DNA of 64,000 nt from NCBI GenBank assembly GCA_947374865.1, contig CANCDR010000010.1, positions 20,319 to 84,318 of the forward strand. Reading direction: 5' to 3'. Shown here piece after piece: positions 8,738 to 17,114 of the stretch. The notes below the pieces were generated by a model. It saw only the letters and a program-made list of their open reading frames with translations, was not told where the DNA came from and searched no databases. The position numbers were made by a program, and so were the translations under genes. Positions within the stretch are counted from its first letter, which is position 1, and every line of letters starts with the position of its first letter. This DNA is from Oxalobacteraceae bacterium (GTDB taxonomy: Bacteria > Pseudomonadota > Gammaproteobacteria > Burkholderiales > Burkholderiaceae_D).

Positions 8738-11710
8738 TTAGCCGTGCAAGCTGATCAGTCCACCCGGCGACACTGATGTCGCTACAGTAAACGAATAAAT
8801 ACCAATCAATTCAACGACAGAGTCATTCATCGAGATTGCCGAAGAACTAATATCATGCGCACTGACGATATACGTATTTCCTTGGAATACGAAAGCTTCC
8901 AAACTGCCATTATTTGAGGCGCTAGCAGCCCCAGTCGCCGCTGAAGCCATATTTGCCGCAGTCAACCATGTCGATAAAGACCTCGCATCCCCCGCAACAT
9001 TGGTAATTGTGTTGATTATCCCCATTCGCAGTAAATTATTATTTAATGTCATCGTCAGGGTATCTGAGGAAGTGGCCGTGTTGTTCAAGCCTGAAATAGT
9101 GCTGTAATGTATTCCATCAGTTATACCGACCGTCACCGCATCATGGGTAAAATTAGAGTGAGCGCCTAATTTAATTGTCAATGCATCACCCAATCCTGCG
9201 GCAATAATAGTTGCTGACCCACTACCAACTGTAATATTCCCAGACACGCCATTGCCGCTGGCTTTGATCGTTCCAAGTCCACCGTTACCCAGTGTGATAT
9301 CAATCGTGCCGACAGAGGATGTCATAACAGAATTATTGGCGCCATCACCTAAGTTCACTGTTTGGCTAGAACCAACAACGCCCGAACCTAAAATCACCGT
9401 ATCGTAAGCGCCATTCCCCATCGTGACTTTTACGACGTTTCCTGCTGCTGTGGCACCTGATAATGTCACGTAATTATGCGTTCCTGCATTGCCAGATACA
9501 TCCTTTGTCGTGATGCTGACATTGCCTACGGAGGCACCAGTTACATAGTCACCCAAGCCAGAACCTAATGCGACGACTTGAGTGGACCCAGCAACACCTG
9601 GTCCTAAAGTAACATAATCACCGATTCCATTTCCCATGGTTATGGTGTTCGTTGCTGTCGCTGAGGTTGCGCCAGCCAAGGTCGCATAATCGCCCGCACC
9701 ATTGCCAAATGTCAGCGTAACGTTGCCTGTAGATACAACCGTAGCATAATCGCCTACGCCAGCGCCCAAGGTGAAATTAATCGATCCGGCAGCAACAGCA
9801 GCACTGGTAATGTAATCACCCGCACCATTTCCCAGAATTACGGTTTGATTGCCAACATCTGAAGCACTAGACAAAACGACATAGTCCCCTGCATTCCCAC
9901 CCATTTTTACAGAATCGTTCGCAGCTGAAGCAAGCGTCACCGCTGTCCAAGCAGAAGCCACAGCATTGGCTGCATTAGTAGCCAAAATTCCCGCCGCAGT
10001 CACGGCATTCGTTGCAGCCAAGTCATCTGTCGTCACTGTTGTGAGCTTCGTTACCGCTATTAAGTTCGCCGCTGCCGTCACCGCTGATGCGGCTAAAGTC
10101 TGCGCGTCCAAGGCATTCTTCGATGCCAGTGTGGCAGCATCAACCGAGGCATTAGTCAAAGTAAGCGTGGTTGCAGAATCCGCTGCGGCGGTGGCCTTAG
10201 CAGCGTTTAACGTTGCCAAGGTTGCCGCCGTAACTGCACTATTCGCAGATGCGGTGTAAGTCGACAAGGCCAAATCCGCGTTCGCTTCACGCGACAATTC
10301 TAGGCTCACGACGGATAAATTGGTATTTGCTTTAGATAAGGCACTCTCAGCAGCAAGGACAACATTTTTAGCCTTCGTCACCATTACAGTCGCTGCATCG
10401 ACTGCGCTCGTCCCTGCGTCATCGTCGGTAAGAATCTTGGTAAGAACAGTCGCTGCTTTGTAAGTCGTGGCGGATGACATCACGCCTTTAGCCGCATCTT
10501 GGTAAGCATCGGCATTTGACTTTGCCAGCGTCGCCGCTGTGACGTATGCATTGGCATTCGCCAGTGATGTCGCAGCAAGATTTGCAGCAGATGTGGCCAA
10601 GTCACCATTCACGGTAGCCGCATCAGCAGCAGATGCAGCAAACAATTTAGCATTGTTAAAGCTGCCCAAGACTATCACCGCATTTTGTTCGTTGGCGACA
10701 TCTTTAGTCGCCTGTTGGGAATCTAGATTTGCTTGTAGCTTCCCTTGAACGCTGGCATTTTCTGCTGCAGCGACTACTTTTTGCTGACCCGCAGTAACGG
10801 CACTTGCCGCGACTGATTTTGACAATTTCGTCACCGCAATAGCGTTACTTGCCGCCACATCATCCGAGGTATCGCTAGTGGCATCCGTAGCAGCTTTCAA
10901 TTCGGCAGCAGCAGTCGATGCCAACGCAGCATAAGCAAAATAAGTTGCCGCTGTTGATGAAGCCAGATTTGCCGCAACAGTGGCCACTGCCGCCAAGGGA
11001 ACCGTGTTAGCAGCAAGTGCTGCATTATCAGCAGCAAGGGCAGCACTTGTAGCGGCGGTCGCATAAGTATTGACGTTTGCTGCAGCAATGCCGTAATTCT
11101 TCAAGGCAGATGTCGCGCTTATCGCCTTAAGAGCTTGCATGGCAGCGATTGCTTCGGCATTTGCTGTATCTGTCGCAGCGCGATAACCGGCATCAGCCGA
11201 ATAAGAAGCGGCAGCATTTGCAGCAGTGACGTCAGTCGATGTCACCAGTTTAAGAATGGCCGTAGCATCAGTTACGCTAGTGCCTTGTAATGTTGCGCCA
11301 AAATTTAAGGCAACCGCGACTTTATTCATAAACAGCGCTTGTGAGATATAGCCAGCTGCATCATTGCCAGCGTAATCCAAAACAGCAGCAATGAGTTTAA
11401 CGACAACGCCGCCAACACTGGCACCAGAGGCATTCAGTTCTGCAGTCCAATGCGCGAGTCCCTCAGCATCTGGCATGCGTCCCAGAACATTGGTATAGAA
11501 GTTAGTAACGATTTGTCCATTATTCAAATTCAATGGGTAAATCGTGCGTGCGGCTTCTGTTGTATACATTTGTTGTGCAATGGAGGAAAAGCTTGCCCCC
11601 TTGCCCATCAGGTCAACCCAGAAAGCCAAACCACTCGCTTCAGGGGCGCGTGCAAACAGGGATACGTAGAGTTGTGTTACTTGCGTCGTCATTGCGCTAT
11701 GCATAGCCAT
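8738..11710 (-). CDS. Large leaderless surface/secreted-type protein: N-terminal DUF4214-like module, Ala/Thr-rich central region, G-x-G-x-GDY repeat block, distinct C-terminal domain
   Basis: 990-aa ORF with no signal peptide and no Cys. N-terminal motifs are LYVSLFARAPEASGLAFWVDLM and FYTNVLGRMPDAEGLAHWTAEL. Repeats include GNAGDYVVL, GNGAGDYITS, GAGVGDYATV, GNGAGDYATL, GNGIGDYVTL, GSGLGDYVTG. Confidence 0.8.
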   Translation of the reverse strand: MAMHSAMTTQVTQLYVSLFARAPEASGLAFWVDLMGKGASFSSIAQQMYTTEAARTIYPLNLNNGQIVTNFYTNVLGRMPDAEGLAHWTAELNASGASVGGVVVKLIAAVLDYAGNDAAGYISQALFMNKVAVALNFGATLQGTSVTDATAILKLVTSTDVTAANAAASYSADAGYRAATDTANAEAIAAMQALKAISATSALKNYGIAAANVNTYATAATSAALAADNAALAANTVPLAAVATVAANLASSTAATYFAYAALASTAAAELKAATDATSDTSDDVAASNAIAVTKLSKSVAASAVTAGQQKVVAAAENASVQGKLQANLDSQQATKDVANEQNAVIVLGSFNNAKLFAASAADAATVNGDLATSAANLAATSLANANAYVTAATLAKSNADAYQDAAKGVMSSATTYKAATVLTKILTDDDAGTSAVDAATVMVTKAKNVVLAAESALSKANTNLSVVSLELSREANADLALSTYTASANSAVTAATLATLNAAKATAAADSATTLTLTNASVDAATLASKNALDAQTLAASAVTAAANLIAVTKLTTVTTDDLAATNAVTAAGILATNAANAVASAWTAVTLASAANDSVKMGGNAGDYVVLSSASDVGNQTVILGNGAGDYITSAAVAAGSINFTLGAGVGDYATVVSTGNVTLTFGNGAGDYATLAGATSATATNTITMGNGIGDYVTLGPGVAGSTQVVALGSGLGDYVTGASVGNVSITTKDVSGNAGTHNYVTLSGATAAGNVVKVTMGNGAYDTVILGSGVVGSSQTVNLGDGANNSVMTSSVGTIDITLGNGGLGTIKASGNGVSGNITVGSGSATIIAAGLGDALTIKLGAHSNFTHDAVTVGITDGIHYSTISGLNNTATSSDTLTMTLNNNLLRMGIINTITNVAGDARSLSTWLTAANMASAATGAASASNNGSLEAFVFQGNTYIVSAHDISSSAISMNDSVVELIGIYSFTVATSVSPGGLISLHG

Positions 11711-11835
11711 TAATAATCTCCATCAATTCAAAGTTGCGCCGCTATCGCAAGTGAGGTCATCATTGTTAGAATGTGCAATGTCAGCGTCGGTAAAGGTGTC
11801 GTCCCCAGTCAGGGGGGTGTATATGAGGGCTTATG

Positions 11836-11851
11836 AGCAGGAACTGTGCCA
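11836..11851 (-). promoter_or_regulatory. Candidate sigma-54 (-24/-12) promoter facing the 990-aa gene
   Basis: The - strand reads TGGCAC-AGTTC-CTGCT with GG-N10-GC spacing, about 125 nt upstream of the start codon at 11710. A sigma-54 activator gene lies 3 kb away. Confidence 0.55.
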
Positions 11852-11872
11852 TGCATTAAAAATGCATGGCAC
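11846..11872. repeat. Perfect 12-bp inverted repeat GTGCCATGCATT-AAA-AATGCATGGCAC overlapping the -24 element
   Basis: Direct reading. The two arms are exact reverse complements. Confidence 0.9.
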
Positions 11873-11966
11873 CCCCTATACTTTCAAAGAAAATTATAAA
11901 AGTGTGCGGGTATAGGTATTGCGGTTAAATGGGGTGACGACACCATAGTTAAGGTGAAAACTCCCG

Positions 11967-12443
11967 TCATGAAAGTAGCATTCCCCCTTGAGGGTGCATC
12001 TCCTTGCTATAACTCCTTGATGGGTCCCCCACTGGCAACTTGTCATATTGCCCCTCCAATACACGCTCTACCGCATCCATTAATATAAGTTGCGTGAAAG
12101 GTTTGATCAGGTAGGCGTCGCATTCAGCGGCCATCCCGCGTTCAACATCGTTACTGCGACTGAGTCCGGACATCAAAATGACGCGTGTTTGATGTTTTAA
12201 TATTGAATGCGTCTTGATGCGTTTGCAGACTTGATAACCATCCAAAAATCCTGGAAACATCACGTCTAGCAAGATGAGACAAGGTCGCAGATGTTGCACA
12301 ATACGCCAGGCATCGTCACCAGTATTCGCCTCATGCAGAATCCGCTTATTATCCTCAAGGCTTACCCTGAGAAGTCGGCGCATTTCAAACTGGTCATCGA
12401 CGATGAGAATATTCTGTATCATTGCCAAGCCTTTTTTATGCAT
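11967..12443 (-). CDS. Single-domain response regulator (CheY-like receiver)
   Basis: ILIVDDQFEMRRLL..., phospho-acceptor context LILLDVMFPG, and conserved Lys context AYLIKPF. The start may instead be the internal Met (MIQNILIVDD). Confidence 0.85.
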   Translation of the reverse strand: MHKKGLAMIQNILIVDDQFEMRRLLRVSLEDNKRILHEANTGDDAWRIVQHLRPCLILLDVMFPGFLDGYQVCKRIKTHSILKHQTRVILMSGLSRSNDVERGMAAECDAYLIKPFTQLILMDAVERVLEGQYDKLPVGDPSRSYSKEMHPQGGMLLS

Positions 12444-12541
12444 TATGTATTGGAGCGGCGGGGTCCGCGCTTTGCGACCGCGCAGGCATGGAATGGATCA
12501 ACGCGTTGGGTTGGGTCACGCGTTTTGTCTAACATCTAGTT

Positions 12542-12557
12542 AGCAAAAATCGCGCCA
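12542..12557 (-). promoter_or_regulatory. Candidate sigma-54 (-24/-12) promoter facing the CheY-like gene at 11967..12443
   Basis: The - strand reads TGGCGC-GATTT-TTGCT with GG-N10-GC spacing, about 100 nt upstream of the ORF start. Confidence 0.5.
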
Positions 12558-12696
12558 GCGTTTAAAGACGATGGATTACTTCGCTCGCTTGGCTTTGTTT
12601 GTGAAGAGGGTGACGGCGCACAGAAGAATAATTCCTCAATGGCGTAGTGGACTTAGGGCGTGACTGCTGACACTTTCGACTTTTTAAGCGAACAAA

Positions 12697-13110
12697 CTAG
12701 GGAGTCGTCGCCACAGTTGATGCATATCCTCCTCGCATTAATACCGCGCGAATGGATTTGATGATTTCATCATGACGAAATGGCTTAGCAACAAATGCTG
12801 AAATATGCCCCATTTTCAAACGTTGTTTAATAATGGCATCGTCTGCATAAAAAAATCCTGATACTAAAATAGCTGGCGCTAAGCATGTCGTCTCGTTACG
12901 AATCCGTATGATGAGTTCAAGGCCTTCAATGTCATTGAGCTTGGCATCGACCAACATGAGCTGGCAGCTGTGTTCGTGTAGCCATTGCATCGCCTCTTGA
13001 CCGCTAGCAGCTAGGGCAACGACAAAGCCATTTTTAAGTAGAATCATCTCCAGCACCCAACGCACATCGGGTTCGTCATCAACAACGAGTACAGTGATGC
13101 CCTCAGTCAT
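12697..13110 (-). CDS. Single-domain response regulator (CheY-like receiver)
   Basis: VLVVDDEPDVRWVL, LMLVDAKLNDIEG, AFVAKPF. The start overlaps the kinase stop by 4 nt. Confidence 0.85.
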   Translation of the reverse strand: MTEGITVLVVDDEPDVRWVLEMILLKNGFVVALAASGQEAMQWLHEHSCQLMLVDAKLNDIEGLELIIRIRNETTCLAPAILVSGFFYADDAIIKQRLKMGHISAFVAKPFRHDEIIKSIRAVLMRGGYASTVATTP

Positions 13111-14624
13111 GTGACTTGCGCTAATAAGGGTAGGCGTACAACAAATAAACTGCCCACGCCTACCTCACTGAATTCCACATTGATCGTTCCCTTGAGTTGC
13201 GCCACAATGGTGTGCGAAATGGATAAGCCGAGTCCTGTCCCCTGCCCTACAGGTCGAGTGGTAAAAAAGGGGTCGAATAACTTCGCCATAAGAGCAGGCG
13301 CAATGCCGCAGCCAGCATCACGCACGGAAAATACCGCCTCGTCATGCTCTTTCAGCATAGATACGATCACATCGCCACCGGTCGGCATTGACTGAGCGGC
13401 GTTTAAAATCAGATTCATCATCACCTGCCTTAGTAGACTTTCATTCCCCAACACAAATACAGGTGGATCTTCGTAGACTTCCAAAAAATTTATCTTGGTG
13501 AGCTTTGCTTGTGGCGTCAGAAAACTGACCGTATCTCGCGCCAAGTTGACAAGGTTGACTGATTCAATTTGATCGATAGTGGAAGGACGCGCAAAACGCA
13601 GCAAATTTTCAATAATCACAGAAGAGCGTTCAATGCCATCCACTATTTTCTTTACGCATGCCTGTTGAAACACGGCATCAATTTCTGGCTCGAGTAAAAA
13701 CTGCGCAGCCGAATAACTGACTGCCAGCGGATTACGCAACTCATGCGCTATCCCGCCGGCCATGACGCCAAGCGCAGCTAGTTTTTCTGACTGTCGTAGA
13801 TGCTCCTCTAGAGCACGGCTTTCAGACAAATCCTTACCCACAGCGACGAATCCATTGACCATACCAAAGTCGTCACGGATCGACGAAAACAACCATTTCA
13901 CCGGTATTCGCAATCCTGAACGGGTAACAAGATTAAGCTCCAAAAATGTTACCGTACCGCTTGTGACCAGTTCTCGAATCTGGCTCGACTCAGACTGCGT
14001 TGTCTCCCAAAAATCGCTTGACATACGACCTTGTACATCCTTTAAGCTATAACCAGAAATTCGTTCCGCATTAGCATTCCAACTGGTAATCATGCCATTA
14101 AAATCCGTTACGATAACTAGGTCGTTGCCACTTTCAATGACGCCCTCTAAATAACGTAAGTCCATTCTGGCTTTTGCACTGACCCTCAATTTTTCGGTAA
14201 CATCATCTAGTACAAGCATGACATTTTCAATGCTGTCTCCTGATTTTACCGGTATTAAGGTATACAAATAAATCCGGAGGGGCATCTTTGGCTGGCGATA
14301 AGTCATCAACGCACTGGGGATCACTACACCCTTGTCAAATAGTTTCGTAATGGCTGTTTCTAGCTGCGAAATTTCTAAGCCATCATCAGGCATGAGATCG
14401 CGCAAGCGCATGCCAACAGCACACCCTTCAGGACGACCAAAATTTTGATCAGCATGCCATTTTTCCGATATGACGCAAAGTGAGGGGTCGATAAGAATGA
14501 GTGAAAAAGGTAGGTTTTGCAAAAGCAGGTTGTACATTTTTTCATGCCATCCCGCCTCATGCAATACTGATGGCGGAATGTTCGCTACACTATTCGCCAA
14601 GCTACTAAGTTCGGGATTATTCAA
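13107..14624 (-). CDS. Cytoplasmic PAS-domain sensor histidine kinase
   Basis: 505 aa with no obvious TM segments. PAS-like regions are followed by the H-box GIAHELRNPL and HATPase_c motifs (N-box LILNAAQS, G-boxes RDAGCGI and GTGLGLSI). Confidence 0.85.
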   Translation of the reverse strand: MNNPELSSLANSVANIPPSVLHEAGWHEKMYNLLLQNLPFSLILIDPSLCVISEKWHADQNFGRPEGCAVGMRLRDLMPDDGLEISQLETAITKLFDKGVVIPSALMTYRQPKMPLRIYLYTLIPVKSGDSIENVMLVLDDVTEKLRVSAKARMDLRYLEGVIESGNDLVIVTDFNGMITSWNANAERISGYSLKDVQGRMSSDFWETTQSESSQIRELVTSGTVTFLELNLVTRSGLRIPVKWLFSSIRDDFGMVNGFVAVGKDLSESRALEEHLRQSEKLAALGVMAGGIAHELRNPLAVSYSAAQFLLEPEIDAVFQQACVKKIVDGIERSSVIIENLLRFARPSTIDQIESVNLVNLARDTVSFLTPQAKLTKINFLEVYEDPPVFVLGNESLLRQVMMNLILNAAQSMPTGGDVIVSMLKEHDEAVFSVRDAGCGIAPALMAKLFDPFFTTRPVGQGTGLGLSISHTIVAQLKGTINVEFSEVGVGSLFVVRLPLLAQVT

Positions 14625-14723
14625 GGGGAAATCCTTGTTGGACGTAGGTTTTAAAATAGGGGCAGCGTCTTGCTCGGATCACATCCCGACATTGCGCGTT
14701 TGCAGTACATTTAAATCGGCTCA

Positions 14724-16292
14724 TTACAAGGATGTGTCTTGCATGACCTGTAGCGTTGAAATCGAATGATCTTTGAGTTTTTTTAGCAAAGTCTTGTAAT
14801 CAATGTGCAGCATTCGCGCCGCCTTCGCTTTATTGCAGCGCGTCTGGCGCAGCACTTGAATGATGATTGCCCGCTCCATTTGCGCGTTCACCAACGTAGT
14901 CAATTCTTTTAATGGCAAATCGCTGCCGTGTTCAAGCAGCTCGGCAGCAGAGGAAAACAATGTTTTTACATTACCAAGGGCCTCATTAAACCAAGACTGT
15001 TCATCGGAGGATGTTTCAGCCGCTACCAGCGCAGCTTCAAGCCCGCCAATCATTCCCAAATGTTTGGGTGAAATAATGCCATCGTCGTCATCGCACATTA
15101 AAACGGCGCGGCGTAATTGATTTCGTAATTCCCGCGCATTGCCAGGCCAGCTATAGTGATGAATCAGATTCCATGCCGCCTGATTAAGCCCTTGTATCTG
15201 CTTGCCCAGTTCTTGATTGGTCATGCTGAGAAAGCGGGTGACAAGATAATTAAGATCATCGCTTCGCGACTGTAAAGAAGGAATAAATATCGTATATTCC
15301 GCAATCCGATGATAAAGGTCACCTCGGAAAGTCTGCATTTTCACCATCGCCAATAGATCAGCATTGGTGGCCGCCACCACGCGGAAATCAACTTCTAAGG
15401 TCTTACTGCTGCCAATACGATGAATGCGTCGCGTCTCCAGTACACGCAGTAATTTCCCTTGTGCTGATAAGGGTAAATTGCCGATTTCATCGAGAAAAAT
15501 CGTGCCGCCGGCTGCCAGCTCAAACGCGCCAGCTTTGGCTTGATGCGCACCCGTGAATGCCCCTTTTTCGTGGCCGAATAGTTCGCTTTCAATCAGGGTA
15601 TCGGGAATCGAGCCACAATCAAGCGCTACAAACGGTTGATTGCACCGAAGGCTGAGTGCATGAATCGCTTGGGAGACCAGTTCTTTACCTGTTCCTGATT
15701 CGCCAGTCACCATGACGGAAAAATTCGTTTTTGCCACGCGCTCTACGTCGGCTTGAATTTCCATTACCGCCGAACTGCTGCCCATTTGATCGACGAGTAA
15801 TCCGGGGGAAAATGCCGGCTGAAGAACTTGTAGAACATGACGTCTTGCATCAATCCCGATCAACGCATTGCGAAGCGTAAGGACGATATCCTGATTACTA
15901 AAGGGTTTGACCACGTAGTCAAAGGCGCCAGCATGGATTGCGCGCACCGCATCCATGGTGTTGCCATTTCCCGTGATCATAATGACAGGAATCGATCTAT
16001 CAATTGCCTTGAGTCGTTTGAGTACTTCAAAACCATCGATATCGGGTAAGCCAACATCGAGAAGTACAAGATCGGGCGGGGAATCTCGAATGATTTTGAG
16101 CGCCGCTTCCCCATCAGCGGCTTCAATGACGCGCATGCCGTTTTTAGTGACAATGTTAGATAAAATCCAGCGAACATCCTCTAGATCATCAACGATTAAA
16201 ATGCTGGATGCGACGGAGGCGATTTTGATTGATATCCTATTGATGAAGTTGCCATAAAGGAAATTAAATACCCTGCTGAAAAATAGTACCAT
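14724..16292 (-). CDS. Sigma-54-dependent response regulator (NtrC family enhancer-binding protein)
   Basis: Receiver ([25 protein letters not shown]), AAA+ sigma-54 interaction domain ([23 protein letters not shown]) and a C-terminal Fis-type HTH ([20 protein letters not shown]). The N-terminal 25 residues are uncertain. Confidence 0.9.
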   Translation of the reverse strand: MVLFFSRVFNFLYGNFINRISIKIASVASSILIVDDLEDVRWILSNIVTKNGMRVIEAADGEAALKIIRDSPPDLVLLDVGLPDIDGFEVLKRLKAIDRSIPVIMITGNGNTMDAVRAIHAGAFDYVVKPFSNQDIVLTLRNALIGIDARRHVLQVLQPAFSPGLLVDQMGSSSAVMEIQADVERVAKTNFSVMVTGESGTGKELVSQAIHALSLRCNQPFVALDCGSIPDTLIESELFGHEKGAFTGAHQAKAGAFELAAGGTIFLDEIGNLPLSAQGKLLRVLETRRIHRIGSSKTLEVDFRVVAATNADLLAMVKMQTFRGDLYHRIAEYTIFIPSLQSRSDDLNYLVTRFLSMTNQELGKQIQGLNQAAWNLIHHYSWPGNARELRNQLRRAVLMCDDDDGIISPKHLGMIGGLEAALVAAETSSDEQSWFNEALGNVKTLFSSAAELLEHGSDLPLKELTTLVNAQMERAIIIQVLRQTRCNKAKAARMLHIDYKTLLKKLKDHSISTLQVMQDTSL

Positions 16293-16391
16293 TTAACTAT
16301 TGATTAGGATTTTATCGTTGGTATCAAATGCTTAGTCAAAATTTTATTATCCATTGGTACAGTGTGCATGGATTTAATTGACAGCTTCTCC

Positions 16392-16419
16392 AAAAACAAA
16401 AAAGCCTACAACCTTGTGA
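16392..16419 (+). repeat. Right copy of the 28-bp direct repeat AAAAACAAAAAAGCCTACAACCTTGTGA
   Basis: 27/28 identical to 8673..8700. It forms part of the tRNA-Pro terminator. Confidence 0.9.
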
Positions 16420-16428
16420 GTTGTAAGC
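16392..16428 (-). terminator. Intrinsic terminator of tRNA-Pro
   Basis: The - strand reads GCTTACAAC-TCACAAG-GTTGTAGGC followed by TTTTTTGTTTTT, immediately 3' of the tRNA. Confidence 0.75.
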
Positions 16429-16440
16429 TTTTGAATTAAT

Positions 16441-16517
16441 TGGTCGGGGCGAGAAGATTCGAACTTCCGACCCCATGCACCCCATGCATGTACGCTACCA
16501 GGCTGCGCTACGCCCCG
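16441..16517 (-). tRNA. tRNA-Pro (anticodon GGG)
   Basis: 77 nt. Acceptor CGGGGCG/CGCCCCG, discriminator A plus CCA, anticodon arm CATGC-ATGGGGT-GCATG, T-loop GTTCGAATC. Confidence 0.9.
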
Positions 16518-16606
16518 ACAAGCTTCGCATTATAGCAGAGCCAAGCCCGGGTTCGCCAAGGACATCCAACAAATCCACCTCGACCCTGCGCGCAGATTAA
16601 CGCAAA

Positions 16607-16975
16607 TTAACGCGTATTAGCATCAATATCGGCCAGCGACTCGCGACCACGCTGAGTAATGTCGAAGCCCTCGCCATTTTCGCGTACGGTGATATGACCT
16701 TTTTTGCCGAGAAAGGTGACCACGCCGTTGGAAAGCGCCACCACAGACTGCGTCGACACCGCCCGTAAGCCATCGATGCAGTGCTTGAGAAACAGGTTCT
16801 GCTCGCCCTTTTCAGTCAGACTCACATGCCCGTCCTTGGCAAAACTGATAAATTTAATGCCCGACAGACGTTTGGTGTTACGCGCAATGCAGGCCGAAGG
16901 ACGATCGCCGCGCTTGAGCTTGATGATCTGCTCGAGCGCCTCGTATTCATCCTTACTGAGTGATTCGTCTTTCAT
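16607..16975 (-). CDS. Hypothetical protein (about 122 aa)
   Basis: ORF 16607..17029. The internal Met at 16975 ([11 protein letters not shown]...) is preferred. There are two similar segments (..[15 protein letters not shown].. and ..[24 protein letters not shown]..). I do not recognise a family. Confidence 0.5.
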   Translation of the reverse strand: MKDESLSKDEYEALEQIIKLKRGDRPSACIARNTKRLSGIKFISFAKDGHVSLTEKGEQNLFLKHCIDGLRAVSTQSVVALSNGVVTFLGKKGHITVRENGEGFDITQRGRESLADIDANTR

Positions 16976-17114
16976 TCCTTGATTCCCTGATTCGTCGCCA
17001 TGAAGCCCGCATGGTACGCCCTCTGCCATGGCGGGGCAAATTTGCTTTTGGCTCCGGTCAACAAACCGGTATCATTTGGCTTTGTAAATCTATAACCATT
17101 AACGCCCGCCGGCC

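Noticed and set aside
8738-9900. The G-x-G-x-GDY repeat block of the 990-aa protein, considered as canonical RTX calcium-binding repeats.
   Set aside because: The units are about 20 residues apart rather than tandem GGxGxDxUx nonapeptides. I describe them as a distinct repeat rather than RTX.
11867-11885. A + strand TGGCAC (the second palindrome arm) considered as a divergent sigma-54 promoter.
   Set aside because: The -12 position reads ATAC with no GC dinucleotide. It would also point into the 3' end of the CheY-like gene on the opposite strand.
11932-12621. A shared GGGTGACG.C.C motif upstream of both candidate sigma-54 promoters (11932..11944 and 12608..12621), considered as an activator binding site.
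   Set aside because: An 8-mer shared between two ~120-bp windows is expected by chance fairly often. The spacing to the promoters differs and only one copy is palindrome-like. This is too weak to report as a site.
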